63,558 nt of DNA, filler included, from Actinomycetota bacterium (GCA_009886115.1; 6 parts of 6 records of this genome joined end to end with filler, not necessarily neighbours in it); one strand, 5' to 3'; positions 30,431 through 42,762 are shown, numbered from the whole stretch's first letter. The notes: generated by a model from the letters alone, not told the origin. A program made the numbers and translations.

Positions 30431-31446
30431 GCCGCCGGTGGGCCGTCGTGGCCGTGCTCGCGTCGCTGGTCCTGCTCGCCGCGGCCTGCGGGGACGACGA
30501 CGGTGAGGGCGCGGCGACCACGACCGCGCCGACGACCGCGCCGACGAGCCCCTCGGCATCGAGCGCTCCATCGTCGACGATCGCTCCATCGACGACCACG
30601 GCGACTGTTCCGTCGACGACGGGCGCCTCCACGGCTCCCACTCCATCGTCGACGACGAGCTCCGGCGTCCCCCCGGGGGTGCCGTTGGGCAGCGTGGTCT
30701 ACGCGTTGTACGACCAGCCGGAGGGCCAGGGCGGGCCCTTCCTCGCGCCGATCTGGCTCGACACAAGGCTCAGCCCGGTCGACGCCATCGAGGCACTCAC
30801 GCGGCCTCCCGCCGAGCTGGGCCCGTCGTTCGACGCCCCGGCGTTGTCGAGCGCAGTCCCGGGGGAGACGCGAGTGCTCGCCGTGAGCGTGGTCGGCAGC
30901 GTGGCGACGGTCAACCTGTCGGAGGAGTTCGCCTCCGGAGGGGGCTCGTTCTCGATGTTCGCCCGGCTGGCCCAGGTGGTGTTCACGCTGACCCGTGCGC
31001 TCGATGTCGATGCCGTGCTGTTCGAGATCGAGGGTGAACCCGTTGACGTGTTCTCGTCGGAGGGGATCGTGCTCGACGGGCCGATCGGGCGCGACTACTT
31101 CCTCGACACCGGCGTGCTGCCCACGATCTTCGTCGACGAGCCCGCCCTCGGTCAGACCGTCGTCGCCCCGTTCCGCTTCGCCGGCTTGGGCGAGAACCTC
31201 TTCGAGGCCACCTTCACCTGGGAGCTGAGCGTCGGCGGCGAGGACCTCGTGGAGGACGGGTTCGTCACGACCTCGGGGCAGATCGGCTGGAGCGACTTCG
31301 CCACCGAGATCGGCGAGCCCGTTGGCGAGGCCCGCTTGTTGTACCTCACGGTGTTCGAAACCAGCGCCGAGACCGGCGAGATCACCTTCCTCCGGGCCTA
31401 CCCGATCGAGGTCGTCCCGCCGTCGGCCGAGAGGACGCGATCGTGA
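30427..31446 (+). CDS. GerMN-domain lipoprotein with Gmad2 Ig-like domain
   Basis: Lipobox LAAAC, S/T linker, [41 protein letters not shown]. Confidence 0.85.
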   Translation: MSRRWAVVAVLASLVLLAAACGDDDGEGAATTTAPTTAPTSPSASSAPSSTIAPSTTTATVPSTTGASTAPTPSSTTSSGVPPGVPLGSVVYALYDQPEGQGGPFLAPIWLDTRLSPVDAIEALTRPPAELGPSFDAPALSSAVPGETRVLAVSVVGSVATVNLSEEFASGGGSFSMFARLAQVVFTLTRALDVDAVLFEIEGEPVDVFSSEGIVLDGPIGRDYFLDTGVLPTIFVDEPALGQTVVAPFRFAGLGENLFEATFTWELSVGGEDLVEDGFVTTSGQIGWSDFATEIGEPVGEARLLYLTVFETSAETGEITFLRAYPIEVVPPSAERTRS

Positions 31447-32407
31447 ACGAGCGCGCACGCGATCTTCAACTGCTGCACGACATGGTGCTGATCCGGCGCT
31501 TCGAGGAGAAGTGCGCCGAGCTCTACAGCGCCACGAAGATCCGAGGGTTCCTCCACCTCTACATCGGCGAGGAGGCTGTGGCCGTCGGGGTGATGTCGGC
31601 GCTGGGTCCCGACGACAACGTCGTGGCGACCTACCGGGAGCACGGTCACGCGCTGGCGCGAGGCCTGTCGCCGGGATCGGTGATGGCCGAGATGTACGGG
31701 ATGGTCGAAGGTTGCAGCCGCGGCCGGGGCGGCTCCATGCACCTGTTCGACAAGGCGGCCCGCTTCTACGGAGGCAACGCCATCGTGGGCGGCGGTCTCC
31801 CGCTCGCCGTCGGCCTGGCGCTCGCCGACGACCTCAGGGGGCGTCAGGCGGTCACCTGCTGCTTCTTCGGGGAGGGTGCCGTCGCCGAAGGCGAGTTCCA
31901 CGAGTCGATGAACCTGGCCGCCCTGTGGCGCCTGCCCGTGCTGTTCTGCTGTGAGAACAACCTCTACGCCATGGGCACGGCGTTGGACCGTTCGGAGTCG
32001 GAGACCGACCTCACGCTCAAGGCTGCGAGCTACGAGATGGCGGCCTGGCCCGTCGACGGCATGGACGCCGAGGCCGTGGCCGGCGCCGCCCAACGGGCGA
32101 CCGAGTCGATCCGCGGCGGGGGAGGCCCGGTGTTCCTGGAGCTGCGGACCTACCGGTTCCGGGCCCACTCGATGTACGACCCCGAGCTGTACCGCGACAA
32201 GGCCGAGGTCGAGCAGTGGAAGCGCCACGACCCCATCGCCACCCTGGTCGAGCGCCGGAGCGTGACCGACGACGAGCTCCGGAGCATCGAGGAGGACGTG
32301 GCCGCGGCGGTCGACGCGGCCGTGGCCTTCGCCGAGGCCGGCACCCCCGAACCGGTCGAGGAGCTGACCCGTTTCGTGTACAGCGACTCGTCGACCGTGG
32401 GCCGGCC

Positions 32408-32411
<4 letters not shown>
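31443..32411 (+). CDS. pdhA: Pyruvate dehydrogenase E1 alpha subunit
   Basis: [29 protein letters not shown]...ENN TPP motif, TYRFRAHSM. Confidence 0.93.
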
Positions 32412-33385
<974 letters not shown>

Positions 33386-33388
33386 GTC

Positions 33389-34786
<1,398 letters not shown>

Positions 34787-34800
34787 CGGAGGGGGACACG

Positions 34801-35049
34801 ATGAACGACCAAGCACTCGAAGCCTTGGTACGCAGGGTCCTGAGCAGGGTGGCGCCCGAGCTCGATGTCGAGGGGCTGGAACCCGATGTCGATCTGCGAG
34901 AGCAGGCCGACCTCGACTCGATGGACTTCCTGAACCTCGTGAGCGGCCTGCACGACGCCACCGGCATCGAGATCCCCGAACGCGACTATCCCGCCGTCGC
35001 CACCATCGCGGGCTGCGCCGCGTACCTGGCCGCACGCCAGTCGGGCTGA
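34801..35049 (+). CDS. Acyl carrier protein
   Basis: Acidic 82-aa protein with DLDSMDFL phosphopantetheine serine motif and GIEIPE. Confidence 0.9.
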   Translation: MNDQALEALVRRVLSRVAPELDVEGLEPDVDLREQADLDSMDFLNLVSGLHDATGIEIPERDYPAVATIAGCAAYLAARQSG

Positions 35050-35054
35050 CACGT

Positions 35055-35259
35055 CTGCTCCCCGCCGCCGCCGCCCGAGCCCAAGCCCGCGCCGACGACT
35101 TCGATCTCCTCTACCGGCAACACCGGCCGATGATCGACCTGACCGTCGCCTGGCTCGTCAAAGACAACCACCAGCAGCTCCGCTACCGAGGAACCGACCC
35201 ACCGGATCAGCACGATGCCGACAACCCCGCCAAAGCGCCTTTGCTCAGCAGGTTCCTAG
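35055..35259 (+). mobile_element. IS1182-family remnant (transposase C-terminal fragment plus right end)
   Basis: Startless frame AAARAQARADDFDLLYRQHRPMIDLTVAWLVKDNHQQLRYRGT; end TTGCTCAGCAGGTTCCTAG resembles IS1182 termini with a CTAG target. Confidence 0.65.
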
Positions 35260-35390
35260 GCATGAATCGATCCTTTGGAGTCCCTGTTCTGAGGCCTCCT
35301 TGATGCGCTGACAGCCGGGCATATCCCCGGAGGCCATTCTTCTCGTAGAGGGGTGATTACTGTCGTACCTCCCTGGTATCATGATGATTG

Positions 35391-36301
35391 ATGAGTGATG
35401 GACACTTTGGCGACATTGAACCGGACGAGTTGGCCGGCACGCTCGACGAGTTGCGAGCGTTGATGACCGCCATTCATGCCGAGTTGATCGACGTGATCGC
35501 CGCGTTCGACGAGGCGCAGGGATACCGGGTCGACGGGATGCCCGACACGGCGACCTGGCTCGCAGCCCGGGCGAACCTGTCACTGGCAACCGCTCGTCGT
35601 GAGGTTGCCATCGCCACCCGGGCCCCGGCCATCCCGGCGCTCATGCAGGCCTGGCGTCAAGGTCGCCTGTCGTGGGACCAGCTCCAGGTCCTCGCCCCCG
35701 TCGCCACCGTCGCCACCGCCGACACCGCCGACACCGACACCGCCGCTGGTGCCGGTGCCGGTGCCGAGGCTGGCCTTGATGCCGAGCTCGCCGAGCAGGC
35801 TCCGGGCTGGTCGTATCACTCCACGGTCGTCAAGGCCCGGGCGTTACGACCGGTCAGTGCGAAGGATGCGCTCGCGCAGCATCGGGAACGGTTCGTGCAG
35901 CTCATCCGCCGACACGACTCGACACTCCGGATCCGTGGACAGCTCTCGGGCGAGCAGGCCGTCATCGTCGAAGAAACGCTCAACCGGCTGGCCGACAACA
36001 TGCCCGAAGAAGGCCGGCTCGAACAGGCCGAACCCGTCCGGCGTGGCGCCCGCATGGCCGACGCCCTCGTCGCCATGTGCGAAACCCACCCCCAGATCCT
36101 GGCCCAGAACCCGGCCCGACCCCTCGTCGTCGTCCACATCGCAGCCGAACGCCTCGCCGACCACCCCACGGCCGGTTCCCGCGACAGCGCAGGCACCAGC
36201 CACCCCATCCCAGACGGACCGCGCGGACCGGCCGGCACAGATCCGGGAGGCCCGGGGCCGGTCACCATCGGCGGCGGATGGGCCATCGCCAGCGCCACAG
36301 C
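35391..36301 (+). CDS. DUF222 (13E12 repeat) HNH-associated protein; truncated by contig end
   Basis: AELIDVIAAFD, ATWLA, GRLSWDQL, IRGQL, RMADALVAMCE, RPLVVVHI; extended -10 TGGTATCAT at 35374-35382. Confidence 0.8.
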
Positions 36302-36401
36302 NNNNNNNNNNNNNNNNNNNNNNNNNNNNNNNNNNNNNNNNNNNNTTAATTAATTAANNNNNNNNNNNNNNNNNNNNNNNNNNNNNNNNNNNNNNNNNNN
36401 N
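36302..36401. other. Artificial contig linker
   Basis: N run with TTAATTAATTAA. Confidence 0.99.
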
Positions 36402-36403
36402 AT

Positions 36404-36925
36404 CACGTCGCTCGCCACCCCCAGGACGAGCACCGGCTCGTCGACGATCCCGCGTTCGTGCAGCGATGCATCCTCGAGACCTTGCGATTGGGGCCGATCA
36501 GCCCGGTGGGTGTGCGATGGGCCACCGAGGACATGGTGCTGGCCGACGGGACCAGGGTCGCCGCTGGCGATCGGGTGGTCGTCGACCTGGTGGCGGTGAA
36601 CCGCGACCCGTTCGTCTTCGGCCCGACCGCCGACGGCTTCGACCCCGACCGGGAACTGCCGCCCGAGGTTGCTCTGTACGGCATGTCGTTCGGCCACGGT
36701 GTGCATGCCTGCATCGGCCAGGAGCTCGCCGTGGGCGTCGACCCCGACCCGTCCGACGGCTTCGACCACCGTCTCTTCGGCCTCGTGGGCACCGTGATCA
36801 GGGAGCTGTTGCGCCACGGCGCCCGACACGATCCCGACGCTCGACCCGAACGCGATCCCACGAGCACCCGAGAGGCGTGGAGCCGTTATCCGGTGATCTT
36901 CACCCGCGACCCGATGCGAACGTGA
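36404..36925 (+). CDS. Cytochrome P450, C-terminal part (5' truncated)
   Basis: ETLR (ExxR), NRDP, FDPDR, FGHGVHACIG heme motif. Confidence 0.88.
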   Translation, partial: HVARHPQDEHRLVDDPAFVQRCILETLRLGPISPVGVRWATEDMVLADGTRVAAGDRVVVDLVAVNRDPFVFGPTADGFDPDRELPPEVALYGMSFGHGVHACIGQELAVGVDPDPSDGFDHRLFGLVGTVIRELLRHGARHDPDARPERDPTSTREAWSRYPVIFTRDPMRT

Positions 36926-37003
36926 CCGACCGACGACGACGCCACGACCAACCGACCGATAGATTCCGACCGTGATCGACGAGATCCCGTCCCGAGGAGT
37001 GCG

Positions 37004-37792
37004 ATGAGCGCAACAACCGAGCATTACGGCCGCATTCGTCCGGGAGACGTCGCGTGGGAGATGTTCCACGATCCGCACGGGAGGCCCACGACGCCCGTGC
37101 GGGCGTTCGGTGGGGGCGAGTTCCCCCACATCCTCGAAGCCCAGTTCCCCCCGAACTTCCACGCAGGCGACCACTGGCACCCGTTCGACACGATCTACAT
37201 CTTCACCCAGGGCGAGATGCGTGTCGGAGGCGAAGGCTCGTACGGGCCCGGCGACATCCGCTGGGTCAAGGCGGGACACGTCTACGGTCCCGAAGAAGCC
37301 GGCCCCGAGGGTGTCACGTTCTTCCTCGTCGCGCTCGGTGGCAACGTGGGGCTCAACTGGGCCGACGTGTTCGACGTACCGCAGGAGCTCAAGGATCGCC
37401 TGGCCACGTTCGAGAGGCCCTGGGGACGCGTCAACATCGACGACGTGCCGTTCGTGCCCTTCGACGACCCGGCCGGTCGGCCCACACAGCCCGTCCAGGC
37501 CCTCCTCACCGACGACCCGTACCTCCTGCGCGTGAAGTTCGTTCCCGAGTACGTGGCCGGCGAGCACTGGCACCCGAACAACACCATCTACTTCATCACC
37601 GAGGGCCGGATGATGTTCGGTGACGAGGGCTGGTACGAGACCGGCGACATCCGCTGGGTGATCGGCGGGCACTCGTACGGACCCGAGCAACCCGGCTCCG
37701 AAGGCGTCACCTTCCTCCTCATCAGCGTCGGGGGCGAGATCGGGCTCAACTGGTCGGATCTGGTGCCGCCCCCGCACGGGACCGTCCTCTAG
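37004..37792 (+). CDS. Bicupin protein (two similar cupin domains)
   Basis: Duplicated AG(D/E)HWHP..TIY..T.G.M..G.EG.Y..GDIRWV..GH.YGPE..G.EGVTF. Confidence 0.8.
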   Translation: MSATTEHYGRIRPGDVAWEMFHDPHGRPTTPVRAFGGGEFPHILEAQFPPNFHAGDHWHPFDTIYIFTQGEMRVGGEGSYGPGDIRWVKAGHVYGPEEAGPEGVTFFLVALGGNVGLNWADVFDVPQELKDRLATFERPWGRVNIDDVPFVPFDDPAGRPTQPVQALLTDDPYLLRVKFVPEYVAGEHWHPNNTIYFITEGRMMFGDEGWYETGDIRWVIGGHSYGPEQPGSEGVTFLLISVGGEIGLNWSDLVPPPHGTVL

Positions 37793-37876
37793 AAGACGGG
37801 GGCGTCGCCTTCACGAGCTTCGTTCCACCCTTTTCTGCCCTGTTTGTCCGCCTGCCCGCCAAGAAGGGACTCCGCC

Positions 37877-39007
37877 ATGCGTGTCAAGGCTGCCGTGATC
37901 GAAGGGCTCAACCAGGGTTACGCCGTGCAGGAGGTCGAGCTCGACGATCCGAAGGACTTCGAGGTCATGATCGACCTCAAGGCCTGCGGCATCTGCCATT
38001 CTGACGACCACGGCATCACCGGCGACGTCCCCCTCGATCCGCCGGTGATCGTGGGCCACGAGGGAGCCGGAATCGTCGAGAAGGTCGGTCGGAGCGTCAC
38101 CGCCGTGAAGGTCGGCGACCACGTCTGCACGTCGTTCATCCCGTCGTGTGGCCGCTGCAAGTGGTGCGCCACGGGCCGGATGTACCTCTGCGACCGGGGT
38201 GCGCTGATCACCGTCGGAACCCAGCTCGACGGTACCCACCGCTTCCACAAGCTCGATGAGGCCGGCACCGGCATCGGCCAGCTTTGCATGTTGGGCGAGT
38301 TCGCCGAGAAGACCGTGGTTCCCGAGGACTCGATCGTCAAGATCCCCGAACACATCCCGTTCGAGCACGCCTGTCTGCTGTCGTGCGGAGTGGTCACCGG
38401 ATGGGGCTCGGCGGCGACACGGGCCGGGATCAAGCCGGGTGACGTGGTCGTGGTGTGGGGCTGCGGAGGTGTGGGCGCCAACGCCATTCAGGGAGCGGCA
38501 CACTCCGGTGCCGGCCGCATCTTCGCCATCGACCCCAGCGAGTTCAAGCTCGAGCATGCCCAGGGCTTCGGCGCCACCGACGTGATCAACAACGCCGGCA
38601 AGACGATCGAGGAGGTACTCGAGCCGATCTTCGCCGTCACCAATGGGCAGGGTGCCGCGGTCACGATCATGACCCCGGGCGTGAACTCGGCCGAGATGAT
38701 CGGCGAGGCCTACCGCACCGTTTCGAAGGACGGCACGCTCGTGCTCACCGGCGTGACCCCATGGCACGTCGAGCACATGAACGCGAACATGCTCGATCTC
38801 ATCATGGGCAACAAGACGGTCAAGGGCTCCCTGTACGGCTCGATGAACCCGCGACACGCCATCCCGCACCTGATCGGCATGTACGACACCGGTCAGCTCA
38901 AGCTGGCCGAGCTCATCACCAACCGCTACAGCATCGACGACATCAACCAGGGCCTCGCCGACATGCACGCCAACAAGAACATCCGTGGCGTCGTGGTGTA
39001 CGAGTAG
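37877..39007 (+). CDS. Zn-dependent alcohol dehydrogenase (NDMA/mycofactocin-dependent type)
   Basis: CGICHSDDH, GHEGAG, SFIPSCGRCKWCATG..LCD.GA, CGVVTGWGSA, GSLYG, NKNIRGV. Confidence 0.88.
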   Translation: MRVKAAVIEGLNQGYAVQEVELDDPKDFEVMIDLKACGICHSDDHGITGDVPLDPPVIVGHEGAGIVEKVGRSVTAVKVGDHVCTSFIPSCGRCKWCATGRMYLCDRGALITVGTQLDGTHRFHKLDEAGTGIGQLCMLGEFAEKTVVPEDSIVKIPEHIPFEHACLLSCGVVTGWGSAATRAGIKPGDVVVVWGCGGVGANAIQGAAHSGAGRIFAIDPSEFKLEHAQGFGATDVINNAGKTIEEVLEPIFAVTNGQGAAVTIMTPGVNSAEMIGEAYRTVSKDGTLVLTGVTPWHVEHMNANMLDLIMGNKTVKGSLYGSMNPRHAIPHLIGMYDTGQLKLAELITNRYSIDDINQGLADMHANKNIRGVVVYE

Positions 39008-39012
39008 GGCGG

Positions 39013-39783
39013 GTGCTCGACTTCGAAGGACGAGCGGGCGGCGCGATCGTCGTCGGGGGTAGCGGCGCGATCGGCTCGGCGATCTGCCGGCTCATGGCCG
39101 AACGCGGATCGCACGTCACGCTCTCGTACCGCAGCAACGCCGAGGCTGCCGACACGGTTGTTTCAGCCGTCGCCGCCCTCGGCCGGAGGGCTCGAGCAGT
39201 CGCTGTCGCGCTCGAGGACGCCGAGGCCACCAAGTACTTCGTCGACGCTGCGGCCGACGACATGAGCGGCGTCCACACGGTCGTGTACGCCTCAGGGCCC
39301 TACGTACCCCAGGCGTTCGTGAGCACGATCACGCCTCAGCGATTTCGCGAGCAGATCGACCACGATGTCAACGCCTGCTACCACGTGGTGCACGCAGCCT
39401 TGCCCCACCTGAGGGTCAGCCGAGGTTCGCTCGTTGCCGTGACCACCGTCGCCACACGTCGGTATCCGCCGCGCGATTCCCTGTCGTCGATCCCCAAGGG
39501 AGCCGTCGAGGCGCTCGTTCGGGCCGTGGCCGCTGAAGAAGGGCGCTTTGGAGTGCGGGCCAACTGCGTCGGCCCGGGCATCCTCGAGGACGGCCTGGCC
39601 GAAGCGCTCAAAGCTCGCGGTGAGCTCACCGACCGCGATCTTGAGCACGCTCGGCAGCTCATCCCCTTGGCCCGCTTCGGAAACGCCGTTGACGTCGCGG
39701 AGGCCGTGTGCTTCTTCGCCTCGCCTCGTGCGGGCTACATCACGGGCAAGAAGCTCGACGTCGATGGTGGCTACGACGTCTGA
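39013..39783 (+). CDS. Short-chain dehydrogenase/reductase (atypical: Ser in place of the catalytic Tyr)
   Basis: GGSGAIG, DSLSSIPK, VRANCVGPG, IPLARFG, YITGKKLDVDGG. Confidence 0.85.
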   Translation: MLDFEGRAGGAIVVGGSGAIGSAICRLMAERGSHVTLSYRSNAEAADTVVSAVAALGRRARAVAVALEDAEATKYFVDAAADDMSGVHTVVYASGPYVPQAFVSTITPQRFREQIDHDVNACYHVVHAALPHLRVSRGSLVAVTTVATRRYPPRDSLSSIPKGAVEALVRAVAAEEGRFGVRANCVGPGILEDGLAEALKARGELTDRDLEHARQLIPLARFGNAVDVAEAVCFFASPRAGYITGKKLDVDGGYDV

Positions 39784-39803
39784 TCGTTGACGTCGCGAGC
39801 AAT

Positions 39804-39878
39804 TTGACCAACCGGTTGATTGATCGCGTGAGCCCCACCGACGTACGATGGGGGCTCACGTCTCGACCACCGTCGAGA
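39804..39878 (+). promoter_or_regulatory. Palindromic operator over a -35 element, plus two leader hairpins
   Basis: TTGACC at 39804; ACCAACCGGTTGAT at 39807-39820; CGTGAGCCCC/GGGGCTCACG at 39827-39860; TCTCGAC/GTCGAGA at 39861-39878. Confidence 0.5.
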
Positions 39879-39903
39879 TGGGTGACCACAAGGGGGAAGC
39901 ACT

Positions 39904-41109
39904 GTGAGAGCATCGTTGAAGGACAAGCGCGCCTGGCGCGTGCTTGCGGCACTGATGGCGTTGTCGATGGTTGCCGCAGCGTGCGGTGACGACGACGACG
40001 ACGCAGCAGCGCCGGAGACAACGGCCGCACCCGCTGTCAGCGACACCACCGCGGCACCCGCACCGGCACCGGCACCTCCGGCAGCAGCAGTCGATGTCGT
40101 CGCCGCCGGCACCGCAGCAGCTGGCGAGCCCATCGAGCTGCCGGCCGTCAAGGTCGGCTATCTGCAGTGGGTCTACGCCGACGAGGCCGGCAAGCGGATC
40201 GAGGACGCCGCCAAGGAAGCAGTCGAGTTCCTCGGTTGGGAGTACGAGACCTGTGACGCCGGCGGCGATCAGGCCAAGATGTCGCCCTGCGGCAACGGCC
40301 TGCTCGACAAGGAAGTCGATGTCATCATGACCGACGGCATTCCCGAGGCGTTCATCACCGACGTGCTCGAGCGTGCTGCCGAAGAAGGCGTCCCGGTCAT
40401 CTCCGGCGGTGGCGAGGTCGACCCTCGCGACTTCTACATCGGCAGCTACGCCTCCGACGACACCGACCTCGGTGTGCTGCTGGCTGAGCACCTCAAGACC
40501 CTCCTGCCCGACGGTGGCGACATCATCGTGCAGTCGTTCCCCTCGACCTGGAGCGCCAAGCGCCAGACCGGTCTGGCGTCGGTGCTCGAGGGCTCCAACA
40601 TCACGATCGTCGACACGTTTGAGCTCGTCCCCGACGCCAACATGGTGGGGAGCACCGAGGCCGACATCACCACCAAGCTCCAGCAGTTCCCCGACGTGAA
40701 GGCGGTGTGGATCGACTTCTCGGTGGCCTCCATCGGAGCGGCCAACGCCATCGCGTCGGCGTTCCCCGACGCGGCCGACCCGGCCCGCCCGAAGCTGCTC
40801 ACGTTCTACGCCAACCCGGGCACGGTTGCCGACATCCGCACCGGGCGCGTCGATGCCGCAGTCGACGAGAAGCTGGAGTGGCAGAGCTGGGCCGGTGCCG
40901 ATGCTCTGGCGCAACTGCTCGCCCGTGAGACCGCTCCCAGCCAAGAGCGCGCTCCCGACTTCGGCGGCGTGAACTTCTCGGTGCGTCAGGTCATCACTCC
41001 GGCCAACGTCCCGGCCGAGGGCGAAGAGGTCCCGTCGCCCGTCGACTACGAGACGTTCTTCCGCACGAAGTGGTGTGCCGAGTTCACCAACCTGCCCAGC
41101 TGCACCTAG
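39904..41109 (+). CDS. Sugar ABC transporter substrate-binding lipoprotein (periplasmic binding protein type 1)
   Basis: Lipobox VAAAC, A/P linker, CDAGGD, VDVIMTDG, QQFPDVKAVW; start uncertain. Confidence 0.82.
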   Translation: MRASLKDKRAWRVLAALMALSMVAAACGDDDDDAAAPETTAAPAVSDTTAAPAPAPAPPAAAVDVVAAGTAAAGEPIELPAVKVGYLQWVYADEAGKRIEDAAKEAVEFLGWEYETCDAGGDQAKMSPCGNGLLDKEVDVIMTDGIPEAFITDVLERAAEEGVPVISGGGEVDPRDFYIGSYASDDTDLGVLLAEHLKTLLPDGGDIIVQSFPSTWSAKRQTGLASVLEGSNITIVDTFELVPDANMVGSTEADITTKLQQFPDVKAVWIDFSVASIGAANAIASAFPDAADPARPKLLTFYANPGTVADIRTGRVDAAVDEKLEWQSWAGADALAQLLARETAPSQERAPDFGGVNFSVRQVITPANVPAEGEEVPSPVDYETFFRTKWCAEFTNLPSCT

Positions 41110-41123
41110 CCGTTCTGCAGGAC

Positions 41124-41223
41124 NNNNNNNNNNNNNNNNNNNNNNNNNNNNNNNNNNNNNNNNNNNNTTAATTAATTAANNNNNNNNNNNNNNNNNNNNN
41201 NNNNNNNNNNNNNNNNNNNNNNN
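41124..41223. other. Artificial contig linker
   Basis: N run with TTAATTAATTAA. Confidence 0.99.
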
Positions 41224-41388
41224 ACCTGGCTCGAGGCCAAGTTCACCCCCAAGAACGACGAAACGGGCGCCAGCCTCGTCGAGTACGGCCTCCTCGTCGC
41301 CCTCATCGCCGTCGTGGCCATCGTCGCCGTCCAGCTGCTCGGCACCAGGGTCTCCAGCAACTTCAACAACGTCAGCGCCAGCCTGTAG
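41224..41388 (+). CDS. flp: Flp family type IVc pilin (5' truncated; absent from the ORF track)
   Basis: Manual translation TWLEAKFTPKNDETG|ASLVEYGLLVALIAVVAIVAVQLLGTRVSSNFNNVSASL*; G|xxxxEY Flp motif. Confidence 0.92.
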   Translation, partial: TWLEAKFTPKNDETGASLVEYGLLVALIAVVAIVAVQLLGTRVSSNFNNVSASL

Positions 41389-41519
41389 CTCCATCGGTCC
41401 TGGAGCCCGGCGCCCCGGGCACCGCGACCGGCCGACGCACGCTCGCACTGTTCACGACGAGCCCGGATCTGAACGACCCGGGCTCGTTCGCGAGCGGCGA
41501 GACCACGCCCGACCGTGGC

Positions 41520-42617
41520 TCAGCCGAACCCGACGTCGGCGTGCTGGTCGAGCGTCGGGGCCCGTCCCGGAGCGAGCGCCGGGTGCACCGCGTAGCGGAT
41601 CGGATGAGCGACGGCCCGGAACCCGTCCGGGCCGGTGGTGATGACGCCTCGGGCCCGGAAGTTCGGGTGCTCCAGCATCTCGTCACGCGTGAGGATCGGC
41701 GCCACCGGGACCGACCGGCTCGTGAGCAGCCCCACGAGCTCGTCACGTTGCCAGGACCGGATCGCGCCGGCGATGTCAGCCCTGAGCGACGACGCCCGGG
41801 CCGCACGGGAGCTCATGTCGAGCCCGACGTGCGTGGTGAGACCGAGGCACTCGCACAGGACGTCCCAGAATCGGTCCTCGGAGAAGATCCCGAGCTCCAC
41901 ATAGCGGTCGTCGGCCGTTCGGAACGCGCCCATGCCCGGCAGGGCCTCGATGCCGGGCGTCGACGGTTGCCTCGGGTCGAGCGGACCGAACGGCGCCACC
42001 CAACTGACGAGAAGATCGGCGATCGCCACGTCGAGGTGCTCGCCCTCGCCGGTGCGACGGGCGCACAGCACCGCGGCCAGGATCGCGAACGCGGCGGCCA
42101 TCCCGGAGCCCTGATCGCCGACGAGCAGTGCACATGGCGCCGGCACCTCGTGTGCCGGAAACGTGAAAGCGCCGGCGTATGCCTGGTAGTTGTGGTCGTG
42201 GCCGGGAACCGAAGCCAGCGGCCCGGTCTGGCCGAACCCGGTGATCGAGCAGAGCACGATCGCGGCGTTCACGGCGCACAGATCACCGAAGCCGACGCCG
42301 AGACGGTCGGCCACACCGGGGCGGTAGCCCTCGACCACCACCTCGGCTTCGGCCACGAGCGCAAAGAAGCGGCTCCGGTCGCGCTCGTCCTTCAGGTCCA
42401 ACGCGATGCTGCGCTTGCGGCCGTTGAAGTTGGCGAATCGATCGGCCACCGGGCGCATCCGGTCGCCTCCGGGGGGCTCGACCTTGAGGACGTTGGCCCC
42501 GAGGTCGGCCAACAGCTGGGTCGCGGTGTGCCCGGGTTGCCACAGCGACAGGTCGAGGACCTTGAGCCCGTCGAGCAGACCGAGCGAAGGTGCACGAGCC
42601 GACACGTCGTCACCCAT
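41520..42617 (-). CDS. CaiB/BaiF family III CoA-transferase
   Basis: LDGLKVLDLS, LADLGANVLKVEPPGGD, NGRKRSIALDLK, EGYRPGV, GFGQTGP, GHDHNY. Confidence 0.92.
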   Translation of the reverse strand: MGDDVSARAPSLGLLDGLKVLDLSLWQPGHTATQLLADLGANVLKVEPPGGDRMRPVADRFANFNGRKRSIALDLKDERDRSRFFALVAEAEVVVEGYRPGVADRLGVGFGDLCAVNAAIVLCSITGFGQTGPLASVPGHDHNYQAYAGAFTFPAHEVPAPCALLVGDQGSGMAAAFAILAAVLCARRTGEGEHLDVAIADLLVSWVAPFGPLDPRQPSTPGIEALPGMGAFRTADDRYVELGIFSEDRFWDVLCECLGLTTHVGLDMSSRAARASSLRADIAGAIRSWQRDELVGLLTSRSVPVAPILTRDEMLEHPNFRARGVITTGPDGFRAVAHPIRYAVHPALAPGRAPTLDQHADVGFG

Positions 42618-42762
42618 CTCGGGAAGCCCTCTCACTCGTCGTGCGAGTGCCGACCCTACGAGCAACGCATGGTCCGGGCGACGACCGGGCGGCCACCGGG
42701 CGTGCTCCGTGCCCCCGGGATGACGGGGCCTCGGGCTCATTCGGCTCCGGGCGATGACCGGG

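Noticed and set aside
41405..41420. GC hairpin after the flp stop as a terminator
   Set aside because: Only a 6-bp stem with no U tract; expected by chance at this GC content
41520..42617. CoA-transferase as a functional part of the Tad system
   Set aside because: Separated by about 145 nt from the upstream gene and an ordinary CaiB/BaiF enzyme; no evidence of a link
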